Source of the DNA: Candidatus Binatia bacterium
GTDB lineage: Bacteria; Desulfobacterota; Binatia; Bin18
Reading direction: 5' to 3'
DNA length: 64,000 bases
Assembly: GCA_963666315.2 (NCBI GenBank)
Contig: CAXXHG010000020.1
Span: 9,339-73,338, forward strand
Shown here: positions 1-9,878 of the stretch, one piece after another
Position numbering within the stretch: position 1 is the stretch's first letter
Layout: every line of letters begins with the position of its first letter
Position numbers and translations under genes: made by a program
The notes under the pieces: generated by a model
Databases searched by the model: none
Seen by the model: only the letters and a program-made list of their open reading frames with translations
Told to the model about the DNA's origin: nothing

Positions 1-898
1 CAAGATTATTCAGACTCGCCGCTACATCCGGATGGGCAGGCCCCAGGGCGGCCTCCCGAATTTCGAGCGCGCGTTGCTGAACTTTCTGCGCCTCAGGATA
101 GTCCCCGATTGCTTTCAGCAGGAGGCCCAGACGAGTCAAATCATCGCCGACAATCGCGTGCTGCGGACCATGCGCTCGCTCATGAATAGAGAGCGCAGTC
201 TGCAGGAGCGTCCGTGCCCCAGCATAGTTTTGAGTCGCGATGAAGAGCTCGCCCAGATTGATCATGCTGAGCGCAACGGCTGGATGTTCATTGCCGAGTT
301 GTTGTTCATGAATCGTTAAGGCTCGTTCAAAGAGCGGACGTGCATCGTCATACTTCTTTTGCTCTTTGTAGAATGTCGCAAGATTGCCGAGGCTGACGGC
401 AACCGCAGCATGCGACTCTCCGTACGCCGCTTCGGTAATCGTCAGCGCGCGCTCGAATAGCGCTCGCGCAGCGGAAGATTTATTCTGATCTTGCAGGACA
501 AGCGCGAGGTTGGTCAGGCTGCGGACAATGCCAGGATGCTCTTTCCCGATCTGCTTTTCATCAATTATAAGGGCTCGCTCAAAGAGTCTCTGTGCCTCGT
601 CGTACTGACGTGTCTCTTGGAGCAACAGGGCCAGATTGTTCAGACTCTGGGAGATTACCGGATGGTCCGGTCCGGCGACGTCCTGTGTTCGCTGCAGAAG
701 GTCGCGCGCTATCGGAATCGCCGCTTGGAATTTTCCGGCCGCGTGTAAACGTCCGGCTTCCTGCGCCAATTGTTTGAGACGGCTAGCTGGAGATTCCTCT
801 TGGCCGTAAGCCAACGGTTGGCCATAGGCCAGCGGCACGGAACACCAGAGCACGGTGAGGGTAATCAGAACGACGGCGGTATGCGTGCGCCTATCCCA
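1..898 (-). CDS. Tetratricopeptide-repeat protein (kinesin light chain-type 42-aa TPRs), runs off the left edge, start uncertain
   Basis: Manual translation of the minus strand (absent from the ORF track because it has no stop in the window): hydrophobic N-terminal stretch, then repeats such as GPDHPVISQSLNNLALLLQETRQYDEAQRLFERAL, GKEHPGIVRSLTNLA and GPAHPDVAASLNNL. No in-frame ATG; GTG at 853 is a possible start. Confidence 0.85.
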
Positions 899-962
899 TG
901 TATTCCGTTTGCGGGAGCCACACTCCCATCATTAGTGCAGACTGCGCTCCCTGGAGACGGCG

Positions 963-1484
963 CTACTTATGTGGGACTTCGTCTGGAGAGGAAACGATAT
1001 CCTGAGATGGTTTATGGTAGGTTTCCGCTACATCAAACGCACCACGCAAGGAGTAGGAATCATCTGTGAATAATGGCAGATGAGAGTAATACGCCCGGTG
1101 GTAATAACAGGCCAACCCTTTGCCCGGCTCAGCTGTGTCATTCTCAAAGACCACGTCCTCAAGGACCACGTCGGAAATATCAACTCCGGCATCTTCTAGA
1201 CTTCCAGAAGCCGACTGGCTGGCTACGTTTTGCTGCGCAGACTGTCCACCAGACGGATTCTCAGCCAGCGTAGCGGCATTCTTTTGTTGGACCGGCAGTC
1301 GAGGCTGAGTGGTGGGGCGCGGTTGGTGAGAAGGATTTTCAAATTTATCAAGCCAACCGTAATACGAGCGATGCGTGTCCTGGACTGTTTGGGCTGACTG
1401 TTCCGCGTAGAGCGGCCCACTGCCCAAACACAGGGCAACGCCGCAGGCAGCAGCGAACGCCTTTTTTGCGACAGATGCCAGCAT
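963..1484 (-). CDS. Secreted hypothetical protein carrying a DUF1329-like C-terminal motif
   Basis: 173-aa ORF with a signal-peptide-like N-terminus (ending LYA-EQ), a Q/S/A-rich linker and the motif YYHRAYYSHLPLF. Confidence 0.6.
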   Translation of the reverse strand: MLASVAKKAFAAACGVALCLGSGPLYAEQSAQTVQDTHRSYYGWLDKFENPSHQPRPTTQPRLPVQQKNAATLAENPSGGQSAQQNVASQSASGSLEDAGVDISDVVLEDVVFENDTAEPGKGLACYYHRAYYSHLPLFTDDSYSLRGAFDVAETYHKPSQDIVSSPDEVPHK

Positions 1485-1538
1485 ATTTACATCTCAACCA
1501 TCTAGACTTGCCATCCACACCAACGTGCCAACGTATAA

Positions 1539-1563
1539 GGGGGAGCAGGAAATCTGCTCCCCC
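1539..1563 (-). terminator. Hairpin, probable intrinsic terminator after the DUF1329 gene
   Basis: GGGGGAGCAG-gaaat-CTGCTCCCCC inverted repeat just downstream of the stop at 1587; U-tract is weak. Confidence 0.55.
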
Positions 1564-1586
1564 AAGGGAACCTCAACTGGGGCTGT

Positions 1587-3026
1587 TTAACGGTGCAGCT
1601 CAGTCAGACGGTTCAGGTCGTATAGTCCGTTGATGAAGTCCACCGAAAAGTCAGGGAGGCCACCACCGTACTCACGCCATAGATTACCACGACCGTTCTG
1701 AATATCGACCGTGTCCACGTTCTTCCAGTGCACTGCACCACGGCCATGGTTCATCTCTGTATACTTTTTAGCATCATCGGCCCATGCATAGCCCCACTGC
1801 CACAGCTTCCACAGTTTCCCCTTACGGTCAAAGGCGATATGATTCCAGGTCTCCCAGCTCTCTGGATCGATGGCCATGATAGCACTCTTATACGGATGGC
1901 GTGGGTCTCTCGGAATACGTTCGACCACGAACAGCTCACGGATCTGCCATACATCGTCATTCAACCAACCGTCCGGGCCGCCATAGTGGACACCGTCGTC
2001 GTCCCATTTGGTTTTAATATGTACTGTTAGAAATTTCTTCTTCCCCCAGAATTTCCAGTCCCACTCAAGCGGCCGCCCAGAGAAGCCATAGAAGTCTTCC
2101 AGGGTGTGCTCGGTGCCCATCAACGAGTCAGATTTCACCTCAGCCGAAATACGGCGGACACGGCGCAAGCTGGGAACATAGGCCCAGCCGTCATCGCTCC
2201 GGCGGGGGTCAATATAGCGCGCAATGATGAAAGCCGTTCCTCGGACATCGTACGGAGAGAAGAATCCAGTAAATTCCTTCCAGTGGAAGGTCCCTCCGTC
2301 TTGGTTACCCGGAAGAGTATAGTTATTGTCCGGGAACATCGCCAACTGGGAGTGGTAGGCCTTGTGGTAAAAGGTGCCTAGACTGCGCTCATAGGATCCA
2401 CCACCGCCGTAAATCTTCTCGGTGTCATAATTCCAGTCGGTGTCGATATCGATTTCGTCACCAAGCCATGCTTCAGGCGGTTTTTCCGGCTCCGGGGCAG
2501 TGTGTTCGCCACCAAAGCGCAACCATGTGGTTAACGCATTCGCAACGAAATATCCGCGCCAGTAAAAGCGCTTGTCATAATTCCAAGCAGTCTTGAGGCC
2601 AGCGATATCGACATTTCCCTCGGCCAGGATATCCTCATTGGAGAAGGGATAGCCGCAGACAAAGTTCTCGAGGGCACCATCCGAAGCAAGTACAACCTGC
2701 TTCTGGAATTTTTCGTTGCATTCCAACACCGTTTGATGCGGCGTCACATGGTAGGTCTCGATAACCTCCATCTTGAGGGAGCCATCGTTCCATTTTTCAT
2801 ATTGCTCGAAATAGCCGGGAAACATGAACGGTTTGACCTTTGCCAGGTCGGCGTGGGTCAGGACATCGCCGGCTTTGAAGTCGGGTTCAACGTCTTTCGA
2901 TTCGTTGAACCATTTCACAAAGGTGTCATGCGTAAACTGCGTGGCGTCACCCTGAGCCCACGCACTGGGTTGCACCCATACCAGGCTACAGGCCGCGAAG
3001 AACGAAAATACTACGAGTCGCCTCAT
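1587..3026 (-). CDS. DUF1329 family periplasmic/outer-membrane protein
   Basis: 479 aa; signal peptide; motifs DDGWAYVPSLRRVRR, EDFYGFSG, YKSAIMAIDPESW and FDRKGKLWK. Confidence 0.85.
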   Translation of the reverse strand: MRRLVVFSFFAACSLVWVQPSAWAQGDATQFTHDTFVKWFNESKDVEPDFKAGDVLTHADLAKVKPFMFPGYFEQYEKWNDGSLKMEVIETYHVTPHQTVLECNEKFQKQVVLASDGALENFVCGYPFSNEDILAEGNVDIAGLKTAWNYDKRFYWRGYFVANALTTWLRFGGEHTAPEPEKPPEAWLGDEIDIDTDWNYDTEKIYGGGGSYERSLGTFYHKAYHSQLAMFPDNNYTLPGNQDGGTFHWKEFTGFFSPYDVRGTAFIIARYIDPRRSDDGWAYVPSLRRVRRISAEVKSDSLMGTEHTLEDFYGFSGRPLEWDWKFWGKKKFLTVHIKTKWDDDGVHYGGPDGWLNDDVWQIRELFVVERIPRDPRHPYKSAIMAIDPESWETWNHIAFDRKGKLWKLWQWGYAWADDAKKYTEMNHGRGAVHWKNVDTVDIQNGRGNLWREYGGGLPDFSVDFINGLYDLNRLTELHR

Positions 3027-3121
3027 AAACCCTCCTCTAGAGAAAATTTGATAGCTTCATACTTGGTTGACTTCGAGCACGAAGTCAATAATACCTCAGC
3101 AGGTATTTTTATACTGCCAAA

Positions 3122-3148
3122 CAGGAGGGGAACGCTTTTCCCCTCCTG
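3122..3148 (-). terminator. Intergenic hairpin (terminator or mRNA-stabilising stem)
   Basis: CAGGAGGGGA...TCCCCTCCTG inverted repeat between the DUF1302 and DUF1329 genes. Confidence 0.5.
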
Positions 3149-3159
3149 GCGTTAGGTCC

Positions 3160-5229
3160 TTAGAAACGATAGCGCAGGCGTCCCCAAAACTCGTTCATCT
3201 GGTTACGCTCTGAGCCACCGGCCTGCATATGACCAATACCGAAGCCGGCCTCCGTGAATGGGTCATTTGCGGGATCGCCGGTGAAAACGGCGAACGTACT
3301 CAGGTCATGCTGCGTTCGCTTACCCAGAAAAGCGGTCGCACCCAGCGTGACCGACCAGTTATTGTCGATCAAGTACTCGATATTGCCGCCGGTTGTGGCA
3401 TCTGTCGCGGTCGTACCAAAGGCACCGAAGACCAGCCACACCAACTGATCACGCATGAACTGGTTCTGGACGAAGAAGGTGGCGATGAAGTTGTCTTGAG
3501 CCCCGGTAGGAAGACCGTAACGCCCAGCCGGATTATCAGGATAGTGGGTTCCGTAGGCTTGCGCGCTCAGGAAAAAGCTGCGAGTGGGGTTGATCCAGCG
3601 GATCAGGGTCGGACGGTCAATACCCAGCACCCATTTGAAGATATTTCCGTCGGCTAACAGGTCAGACTTCGTAGTGTCAGTCAGGAGGGCATTCGTGGTC
3701 CAGGACGATTCCCAGCGGACAACAATACCAGTGTTCGGCTCGAACCAGTCAAACGACAGGCCCAACGTGTTTTGTTTACGATATTTCGCAACCAAGGAGC
3801 CGCCAAAGCCGCACATGTTGTTGTATTTAGCTTTTTTGAATTTACCTTTGGCGCCTTGAACCACAGTGTGGTTCGCATCTCGCATCCGAATCTTGTTCGG
3901 CTTCACGCCAACAATCACCGAGTCGCCGTTGACCAGCGTCCCACCATTAGAACCGGTTGGCAGAATGCTGTTGCCAGCAGCATCGGTGGTGCACTCGGGC
4001 GAATTAAAGATATTAATCCGATCCCAACCAAAAGACGGCACGTCGTTGAAGGCAAACCAGTCGGTGATCTGAATCCGGAAATCCCCAAGGGTGGCTTCCC
4101 AACGGGTTCCAATGCCGCCGTTCTTCAGATTCCAGTGCGGTGAGCGATTCTTATACAACGCCATGTTCAGGAACGGCACGTAGTTATCAGCTGACGGGTC
4201 GTCGGAGTGACCCGGGAACAATGCGGCAGCAAACAGGTCGTTGCCAAAAGCGAATGCATCAATCGTACGCCCAAAGCCAATTGACCAAGGCTGAGCCGAG
4301 TTCCCAAAACCGAGCGGCGCATAGCGGTCGAAGGTGTACACGATACTACCCGCGACATCGCGCAGGACGCCGATATTGCCAAAGCGGTGCTCATACAAAG
4401 CCGACCACAGCGGCACGCGAGTGTCGTCAAAGAGATCGATGAAAAAGTGGTCGGAAAAGTCGACCGGGTTCACCAAGTCTTGCAAACGGAAGAAGTCGGC
4501 CTTGCCCCACACGTGCTGCTGTTTTCCGATACGCAACCAGTTGCGGCCACCCATGCCCTTCCAGAAAAAGTCCAAATAGGCTTCGCGAACGGGATAGTAC
4601 AGGTCCATATTCGTTTCACGGGTCATTCCATAACGCAGCTGGTTCTGGCTTGCATCAAGCCCGAAATATGCCTCGCTACGTGAATCCCGGAAACGGCCGG
4701 GCACCCCGTAGTTCGACCCAGGCACCAGATTGTACATGAAGCGAATTGATTGGGGACCTTCGTGCGGCCAGAATTCTCCAAAATTACCTGGCTCGTAGCC
4801 GAAAGCCCTGAGGAATGCGGCATTGCCAGCATTCGGAGCACTAGTCCGGCCAGACACAAACCGCTTATTTTCCCCTTTTCGGCCATTTCCAAACTTGTCG
4901 TCTATATCATAGATCGACTCGTATTGCGGCCGTAATTCGATGAAGTACTCGAATCGCTTGAACGTATCCCGCAGCAGATACAGCGGACCAGATAGCTGGA
5001 TACTCGCCCGGTAGCGGGACGAAGCGACATGATAGTCCTTCACGAACGAGGTATTTCGCAGAATGGTAAAGTTATCCACATAGCCATGGACAGCCATTCT
5101 GTCGAGACTATCCATGAACCCCTTCTTTTCTGCCGCTTGTGCTGACGGCGCGGTCAGCGCCAGACTCAGACCGACCACTATGAGGCCGAGCCATAACGTT
5201 ATTCGTTTCCCTCTCCCTGCTCGTTGCAT
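3160..5229 (-). CDS. DUF1302 family outer-membrane beta-barrel protein
   Basis: Signal peptide; motif REAYLD...LRIGKQQHVWGKADFFRLQDLVNPVD; C-terminal GRLRYRF barrel signature; adjacent to DUF1329. Start set at MQRAGRG. Confidence 0.8.
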   Translation of the reverse strand: MQRAGRGKRITLWLGLIVVGLSLALTAPSAQAAEKKGFMDSLDRMAVHGYVDNFTILRNTSFVKDYHVASSRYRASIQLSGPLYLLRDTFKRFEYFIELRPQYESIYDIDDKFGNGRKGENKRFVSGRTSAPNAGNAAFLRAFGYEPGNFGEFWPHEGPQSIRFMYNLVPGSNYGVPGRFRDSRSEAYFGLDASQNQLRYGMTRETNMDLYYPVREAYLDFFWKGMGGRNWLRIGKQQHVWGKADFFRLQDLVNPVDFSDHFFIDLFDDTRVPLWSALYEHRFGNIGVLRDVAGSIVYTFDRYAPLGFGNSAQPWSIGFGRTIDAFAFGNDLFAAALFPGHSDDPSADNYVPFLNMALYKNRSPHWNLKNGGIGTRWEATLGDFRIQITDWFAFNDVPSFGWDRINIFNSPECTTDAAGNSILPTGSNGGTLVNGDSVIVGVKPNKIRMRDANHTVVQGAKGKFKKAKYNNMCGFGGSLVAKYRKQNTLGLSFDWFEPNTGIVVRWESSWTTNALLTDTTKSDLLADGNIFKWVLGIDRPTLIRWINPTRSFFLSAQAYGTHYPDNPAGRYGLPTGAQDNFIATFFVQNQFMRDQLVWLVFGAFGTTATDATTGGNIEYLIDNNWSVTLGATAFLGKRTQHDLSTFAVFTGDPANDPFTEAGFGIGHMQAGGSERNQMNEFWGRLRYRF

Positions 5230-5327
5230 TACGAGACCTCCTTCCGTGCCCTTCGCCCTGCGCAAAGGGGTAAGTCTTTCAACCCTCATATGAGACAGTC
5301 CGGGTAGACCCTCTCCCTATTACGATA

Positions 5328-7754
5328 TCAACTCGTCGGCTGCGGGCTCGCTTCCGCCAGTAGGGGCTGCTCTTCCTCAACAACCTCGACCGACTGCCCG
5401 CCAACAAACTTCGGTTTGATAATTGCCATCATCGCCGGCACCATAGTCAGGGCCGACAACCAATGCGTCACCAGCAAGATGGCCAATAAAAGCGCCATCT
5501 CCGCAGAGAAGCGCAGACTCGATAGGAAATACCACGGAATCACCCCAGCGATCATGGTCGTGGCAGTAAAGGTCACCGCCATACCCGTGGTCGAGACCGT
5601 ACGTTTGATTCCAGCAATTAAGTTCCCCCCGGATCGTGGCACTTCGAGCCGAATCCGGTCAACCACATATAAGATATAATCCACCCCGATACCCATCCCC
5701 ACCGCCGTCACCGGCAGCGAGTTGATATTAATACCAATTCCCATAAAGGACACATACATATAACTCGCAACTCCGGCAGCGACCAGGGCAAGCATGACCA
5801 TGGTTGCCGCGATGACTGAACCGTAGCTCAAAAGGACCAACGTGTAAACGGTTAAAATGACCAAACCCGCAGCCTTTTTCTCCGACCGATCAATCTCTTC
5901 ATTCAGCGCCGCAGTGGTGCCGATAAACCCACCCGCCAAACGGATCGTCACGCCTTCGATCGGATGCTCGGCCATGAACTTCTTGGCCCGCCCAATGGCT
6001 TCACGCACGGTGTCACCTTTCACGTCTTTATAAAACACCACGAATTGGCCGTTCTTGTAGACCATGTCCGTGTACTCCAGAATAACGCCCGATATAGGAG
6101 CCGAGGCTTCGTACACAAAGATCAAATTCCCGGTGATTGATCGGTCAGGCGGAATGACCTGCCAGCGTGGATCACCGTAGTGATAGCGACGATTTAGATT
6201 ACGCGCCAAGGTATACAGTTCGCGCGTATCGCCCGCCTCTTTTTGTTCCAGCATATAGCGCCGCATCTCCTCAAGAACATCGAGCACATGGGGCTCTTTG
6301 AGGATATGTTCGCGTTCGCCTTCCAGATAGATCACGAGTTGATTGGCCCCAGCGAATCGTTCGTTAATGGCTCGTGCGGACACATTATAGTGAGCGTTTT
6401 GCCACAGCAGCGGAGACCCAGCTTCCTGTTCGCCGATCGGCACCGAAATCGCAGTACGGACACCAAAGACAATAATGACAGAGGCTACCGCGACGACGAC
6501 CCAACGACTGCGTTCACCGGTTGCAATATTGCCCACTGTGCGCAGCGTCACGTCCATCCAGCGTGGAACGAAGTGTTTTGTTTCTTTGGGCCTCGGCAAA
6601 TACGACAGCAACATAGGCATGAAGTGGGTGATACAGAAAATATTCGCAAAGGCCCAAAAGCTGCCGTAATAGGCCAGCTTTTCAATCAGCGGAATGGTGG
6701 CAACCGACAGGACCAAAATCCCGCCAGCATCACTAATCACCCCGGTCACACCAGGCAGAAATAAGTCGCTGAGGCACGTATAGGCAGACTTTCCCTGGTC
6801 TTGGGTTACTTCAAGTTCTTCAAAATAGCGCTCGATCATCTGCACGGCGTGACTGATGGAACGGGCAGTAATAAGCAAGGGGATCACTAAGATGAGCGGG
6901 TCAAGGTTAAACCCCCACCAGCCGACCCAGCCCATACCCCACACGGTCTGGATGCACGCGCCGAACAGCGGGACCAAGACACCATAGAACTTACGGAAAT
7001 AAATGATCAGGGCAAGCAGCATCATCAGACCGGTGAAGGAAAAGATGAGGAAGAGTTCGTTGGTAAAAAACCACACCCACCCCTTCAGCGCCGGCTCGCC
7101 GGCCACATAGATCTTGGTGTTGTCGTCTTCTATTTCGGCACGAATACGGGTGACTTCACGCTGAATTTCCCGGTAGTCGAGTCGATCCTCGTTGAACCCG
7201 GCCAGCACGAGCGCCGCCCTCCCGTCCTCCGAGACGTATTTGTTCATAACGATGTCGTTATTGAACATCTCAAATTTGAGTGCAATCAGCTCCTGGGGAT
7301 CATCCGGCAGCTCGATCGGCAGGACCGGATACGAGCGGACCATGCCGCCCGGAAGGGTCTTAATGTTTCGGATTTTAACGTGCGAAAGGGAAGCCACCTG
7401 GTTGTGGTCAACGCCGTTAATCTGGTCAAGCTGGTCTGTTAAATACCGAACCTTCTCCAAATTTTCCTTGGTAAAAATATCGCCTTCACTCACCTGCAAG
7501 ACCGCGGTGATTATATTCGCCCCTCCAAAGGTGGTCCGGTGTTCATTATACGCTTGGATATACGCGTGGCCTTGGGGCAGCAGGTCGGCAAACTGGCTAT
7601 ACATCTCGACATTACGGGCCTGATAGCCCCAAAAGACCGTCGCAATCGCTAAGCAGATGAGATAGGCCGGGCGGTGTCGCCATAAAACAGACAGATAGGC
7701 GCCAATAATGCGGTCAGCGTAAGCTTTAGGTTTATCAGGTGGTTTTTGGTCCAT
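5328..7754 (-). CDS. RND/MMPL family transporter
   Basis: About 810 aa; two TM blocks with periplasmic domains; motif GMGIGVDYILY; typical partner of YCF48/DUF1329. Confidence 0.9.
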   Translation of the reverse strand: MDQKPPDKPKAYADRIIGAYLSVLWRHRPAYLICLAIATVFWGYQARNVEMYSQFADLLPQGHAYIQAYNEHRTTFGGANIITAVLQVSEGDIFTKENLEKVRYLTDQLDQINGVDHNQVASLSHVKIRNIKTLPGGMVRSYPVLPIELPDDPQELIALKFEMFNNDIVMNKYVSEDGRAALVLAGFNEDRLDYREIQREVTRIRAEIEDDNTKIYVAGEPALKGWVWFFTNELFLIFSFTGLMMLLALIIYFRKFYGVLVPLFGACIQTVWGMGWVGWWGFNLDPLILVIPLLITARSISHAVQMIERYFEELEVTQDQGKSAYTCLSDLFLPGVTGVISDAGGILVLSVATIPLIEKLAYYGSFWAFANIFCITHFMPMLLSYLPRPKETKHFVPRWMDVTLRTVGNIATGERSRWVVVAVASVIIVFGVRTAISVPIGEQEAGSPLLWQNAHYNVSARAINERFAGANQLVIYLEGEREHILKEPHVLDVLEEMRRYMLEQKEAGDTRELYTLARNLNRRYHYGDPRWQVIPPDRSITGNLIFVYEASAPISGVILEYTDMVYKNGQFVVFYKDVKGDTVREAIGRAKKFMAEHPIEGVTIRLAGGFIGTTAALNEEIDRSEKKAAGLVILTVYTLVLLSYGSVIAATMVMLALVAAGVASYMYVSFMGIGININSLPVTAVGMGIGVDYILYVVDRIRLEVPRSGGNLIAGIKRTVSTTGMAVTFTATTMIAGVIPWYFLSSLRFSAEMALLLAILLVTHWLSALTMVPAMMAIIKPKFVGGQSVEVVEEEQPLLAEASPQPTS

Positions 7755-7830
7755 TCGGTTCTCCTGCGCAAGCACGGGCGCTGTGAAGAGTCTTAAATCC
7801 GGGTGCTATGTGTATACGACGATTACGATT

Positions 7831-9084
7831 TTACAATGAGGATGATAACGACGGTAAGGATGGGTTTGTGGCGTAGAGCTTCATCTTATCCGTGGCCTTC
7901 CAGGTGTTGCCACCGTCTGTGGTGATAAGAATGGTGCCCTTCCCGCCACAGGCCACTCCAAATCTTCCATCGGCGGCGAACGATGCGGTGCGTATCCACG
8001 TCAACACGTTTTCGCGCACCTGGTCGTCAAGCTGCCACGAGCCATTTTTGCCCGAGGCGATCGTGCCGAGCACTCCGGTGGCCATATCGCGCCGATTTCC
8101 ACTCGGAGCCGCCGAGATAGACAGGAGCGTATTAAAGCTGCCGCTTGGAATATTTGTCCAGGTCTCACCTGCATCTTCGGTTTTGAGTAAGATCCCACTC
8201 TCGCCAGTGACATAGCCTTCTTGCGTACCCCGAAAATCAACATCGATCAAAAAGAGGTCTTCGAGGTAGAGTGGCGGGATACGCTGTTGAATCGCTTGTT
8301 CTTCGGACAGAGAAGGCCGGGTGTATTTCGGCAGATTATGCACATTGGTCTGTTTTTCCCAGTTTTTACCGCCATCCCAAGTCCGCAGAATGACCCCAAA
8401 TTCACCCGCTGTCCAGCCTTCCAAGTCGTTGGCAAACGAGACGCCATTCAGGTTCACATCACACCGCTTCAGTTTTGGAGCAGTCGATTCCGGATCATCC
8501 GCCGGCTTCGCTGTGGCAAAATTCCGGAAGCCCCTGTCACAATACAGAGACAGGTTCTCCCACGTCTCCCCACCGTCCTGCGAATGCACAATGGTCCCAA
8601 TCGGCCCAACAACCCAGATATTCTGCGGATTTTCACCACGGCTGAGAGCGAAAAAGTGCGGTTGCTCAACCTCCCAGTCTTGCAGCGGCAGTTCAATGGG
8701 AATCTGTTTCCAGGTTTTCCCGCCATCGGTCGTTTTTAAAATAAGCCCATCCTGACCAACCGCGACTCCCTCCTGGGTATCGACGAAGTCGATCTCGTAG
8801 ATCGTCCGCTGCACCCCGGTGGGGAGCATACTGAAATCCTGGCCTTTATTCGTCACATGCAGGATGAGTCCACGTCCACCCACGACCCACGCATTATTTT
8901 CATCGACGACAAAGGCATCAAACAAATCTTCACGGTGAGGGAAGACGTTTCCCTTCGATACGCCCTTTTCGTTCAGTATGCGCAACACCTCTTCATCAGC
9001 CGCTTCAACACACGCCGACAGAGTAAAGACAGCGGCAATCAGCACGCTCCAAGCCGCCGGACGCCATAGTCGGTCTATTCCCAT
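7831..9084 (-). CDS. YCF48-related BNR/Asp-box beta-propeller lipoprotein
   Basis: Lipobox TLSAC; repeated S/TxDGGxTW boxes (TTDGGKTW, SQDGGETW, TWDGGKNW, TEDAGETW, TTDGGNTW). Confidence 0.9.
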   Translation of the reverse strand: MGIDRLWRPAAWSVLIAAVFTLSACVEAADEEVLRILNEKGVSKGNVFPHREDLFDAFVVDENNAWVVGGRGLILHVTNKGQDFSMLPTGVQRTIYEIDFVDTQEGVAVGQDGLILKTTDGGKTWKQIPIELPLQDWEVEQPHFFALSRGENPQNIWVVGPIGTIVHSQDGGETWENLSLYCDRGFRNFATAKPADDPESTAPKLKRCDVNLNGVSFANDLEGWTAGEFGVILRTWDGGKNWEKQTNVHNLPKYTRPSLSEEQAIQQRIPPLYLEDLFLIDVDFRGTQEGYVTGESGILLKTEDAGETWTNIPSGSFNTLLSISAAPSGNRRDMATGVLGTIASGKNGSWQLDDQVRENVLTWIRTASFAADGRFGVACGGKGTILITTDGGNTWKATDKMKLYATNPSLPSLSSSL

Positions 9085-9245
9085 CTTCAAGATAATCTCC
9101 CCTTAAGGAAGTAGCCCTACTACATATTCCTGTATTCGAACCTCTCCTCTTAATGAGCTTCCAGGTCAGCTGTCAAGGGTCCCGCCAGCTCGCAGCTGAT
9201 CATTACAGATCCTTAATCCCTTACGCAGGCGGCCTGTCGCTCCCA

Positions 9246-9674
9246 CTACTTTTGCTGCTTGTACCGGATTGCCAAGCCGACAAGCTGAAATTCGTAGTCC
9301 GCCCGGCTTGTGTAGTCTCGTGGAGTGCGCGCGCCCGAATGCTGAACGTTGATCTCATCTAGGAACTCCCCAGCCTTCATTCGTTCGAGGATGACAGCCT
9401 CGGCTCCAATCGCACATGCTTCGCGATGCAGCGCAGCGTGCAGGCGATCAGCGCCTGTGCCCTGATTCCCGTAAGTCTTGACCCGTGCGATGACTTCATA
9501 TGGTAATGCGGGTGGAGAGGAGAGGAGAGGAATCTTGCAATCAGCAGCCGAAAATTCAACCGGCAGAGCGCCCATTTGCTCGGTCAGAACCAGGGGTTTC
9601 GTCGGACGACGCACGCATCCTGCCAGCATGCTAGCAGCCACAATCGCCAAAATAACTCTCACTGTCTCCCCCAT
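9246..9674 (-). CDS. Small lipoprotein of unknown function
   Basis: Lipobox MLAGC; PYEVIARV...REACAIGAEAVIL resembles YbjQ/heavy-metal-binding-fold lipoproteins. Confidence 0.6.
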   Translation of the reverse strand: MGETVRVILAIVAASMLAGCVRRPTKPLVLTEQMGALPVEFSAADCKIPLLSSPPALPYEVIARVKTYGNQGTGADRLHAALHREACAIGAEAVILERMKAGEFLDEINVQHSGARTPRDYTSRADYEFQLVGLAIRYKQQK

Positions 9675-9878
9675 TAGTGCCCCTTTGGAAAACGCCCTTG
9701 GCAAGATCAATAAGTGCGCTTGTTCATACCATATTCCAAGGACTCTCACTACTCTTGTGTTATGAATCATCTAAATATGCTATATTGGCGAACTTCTTTG
9801 TATTCCATTCGAGCCGGGCGATGTCACCTGGGCAGTCGCAGGCCCAAGTGATCGCTTGCTGATCGCTTATTGATTCGT

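Noticed and set aside
32-1069. Plus-strand ORFs at 32, 491, 592 and 770
   Set aside because: Antisense shadows of the minus-strand TPR gene and of 963-1484
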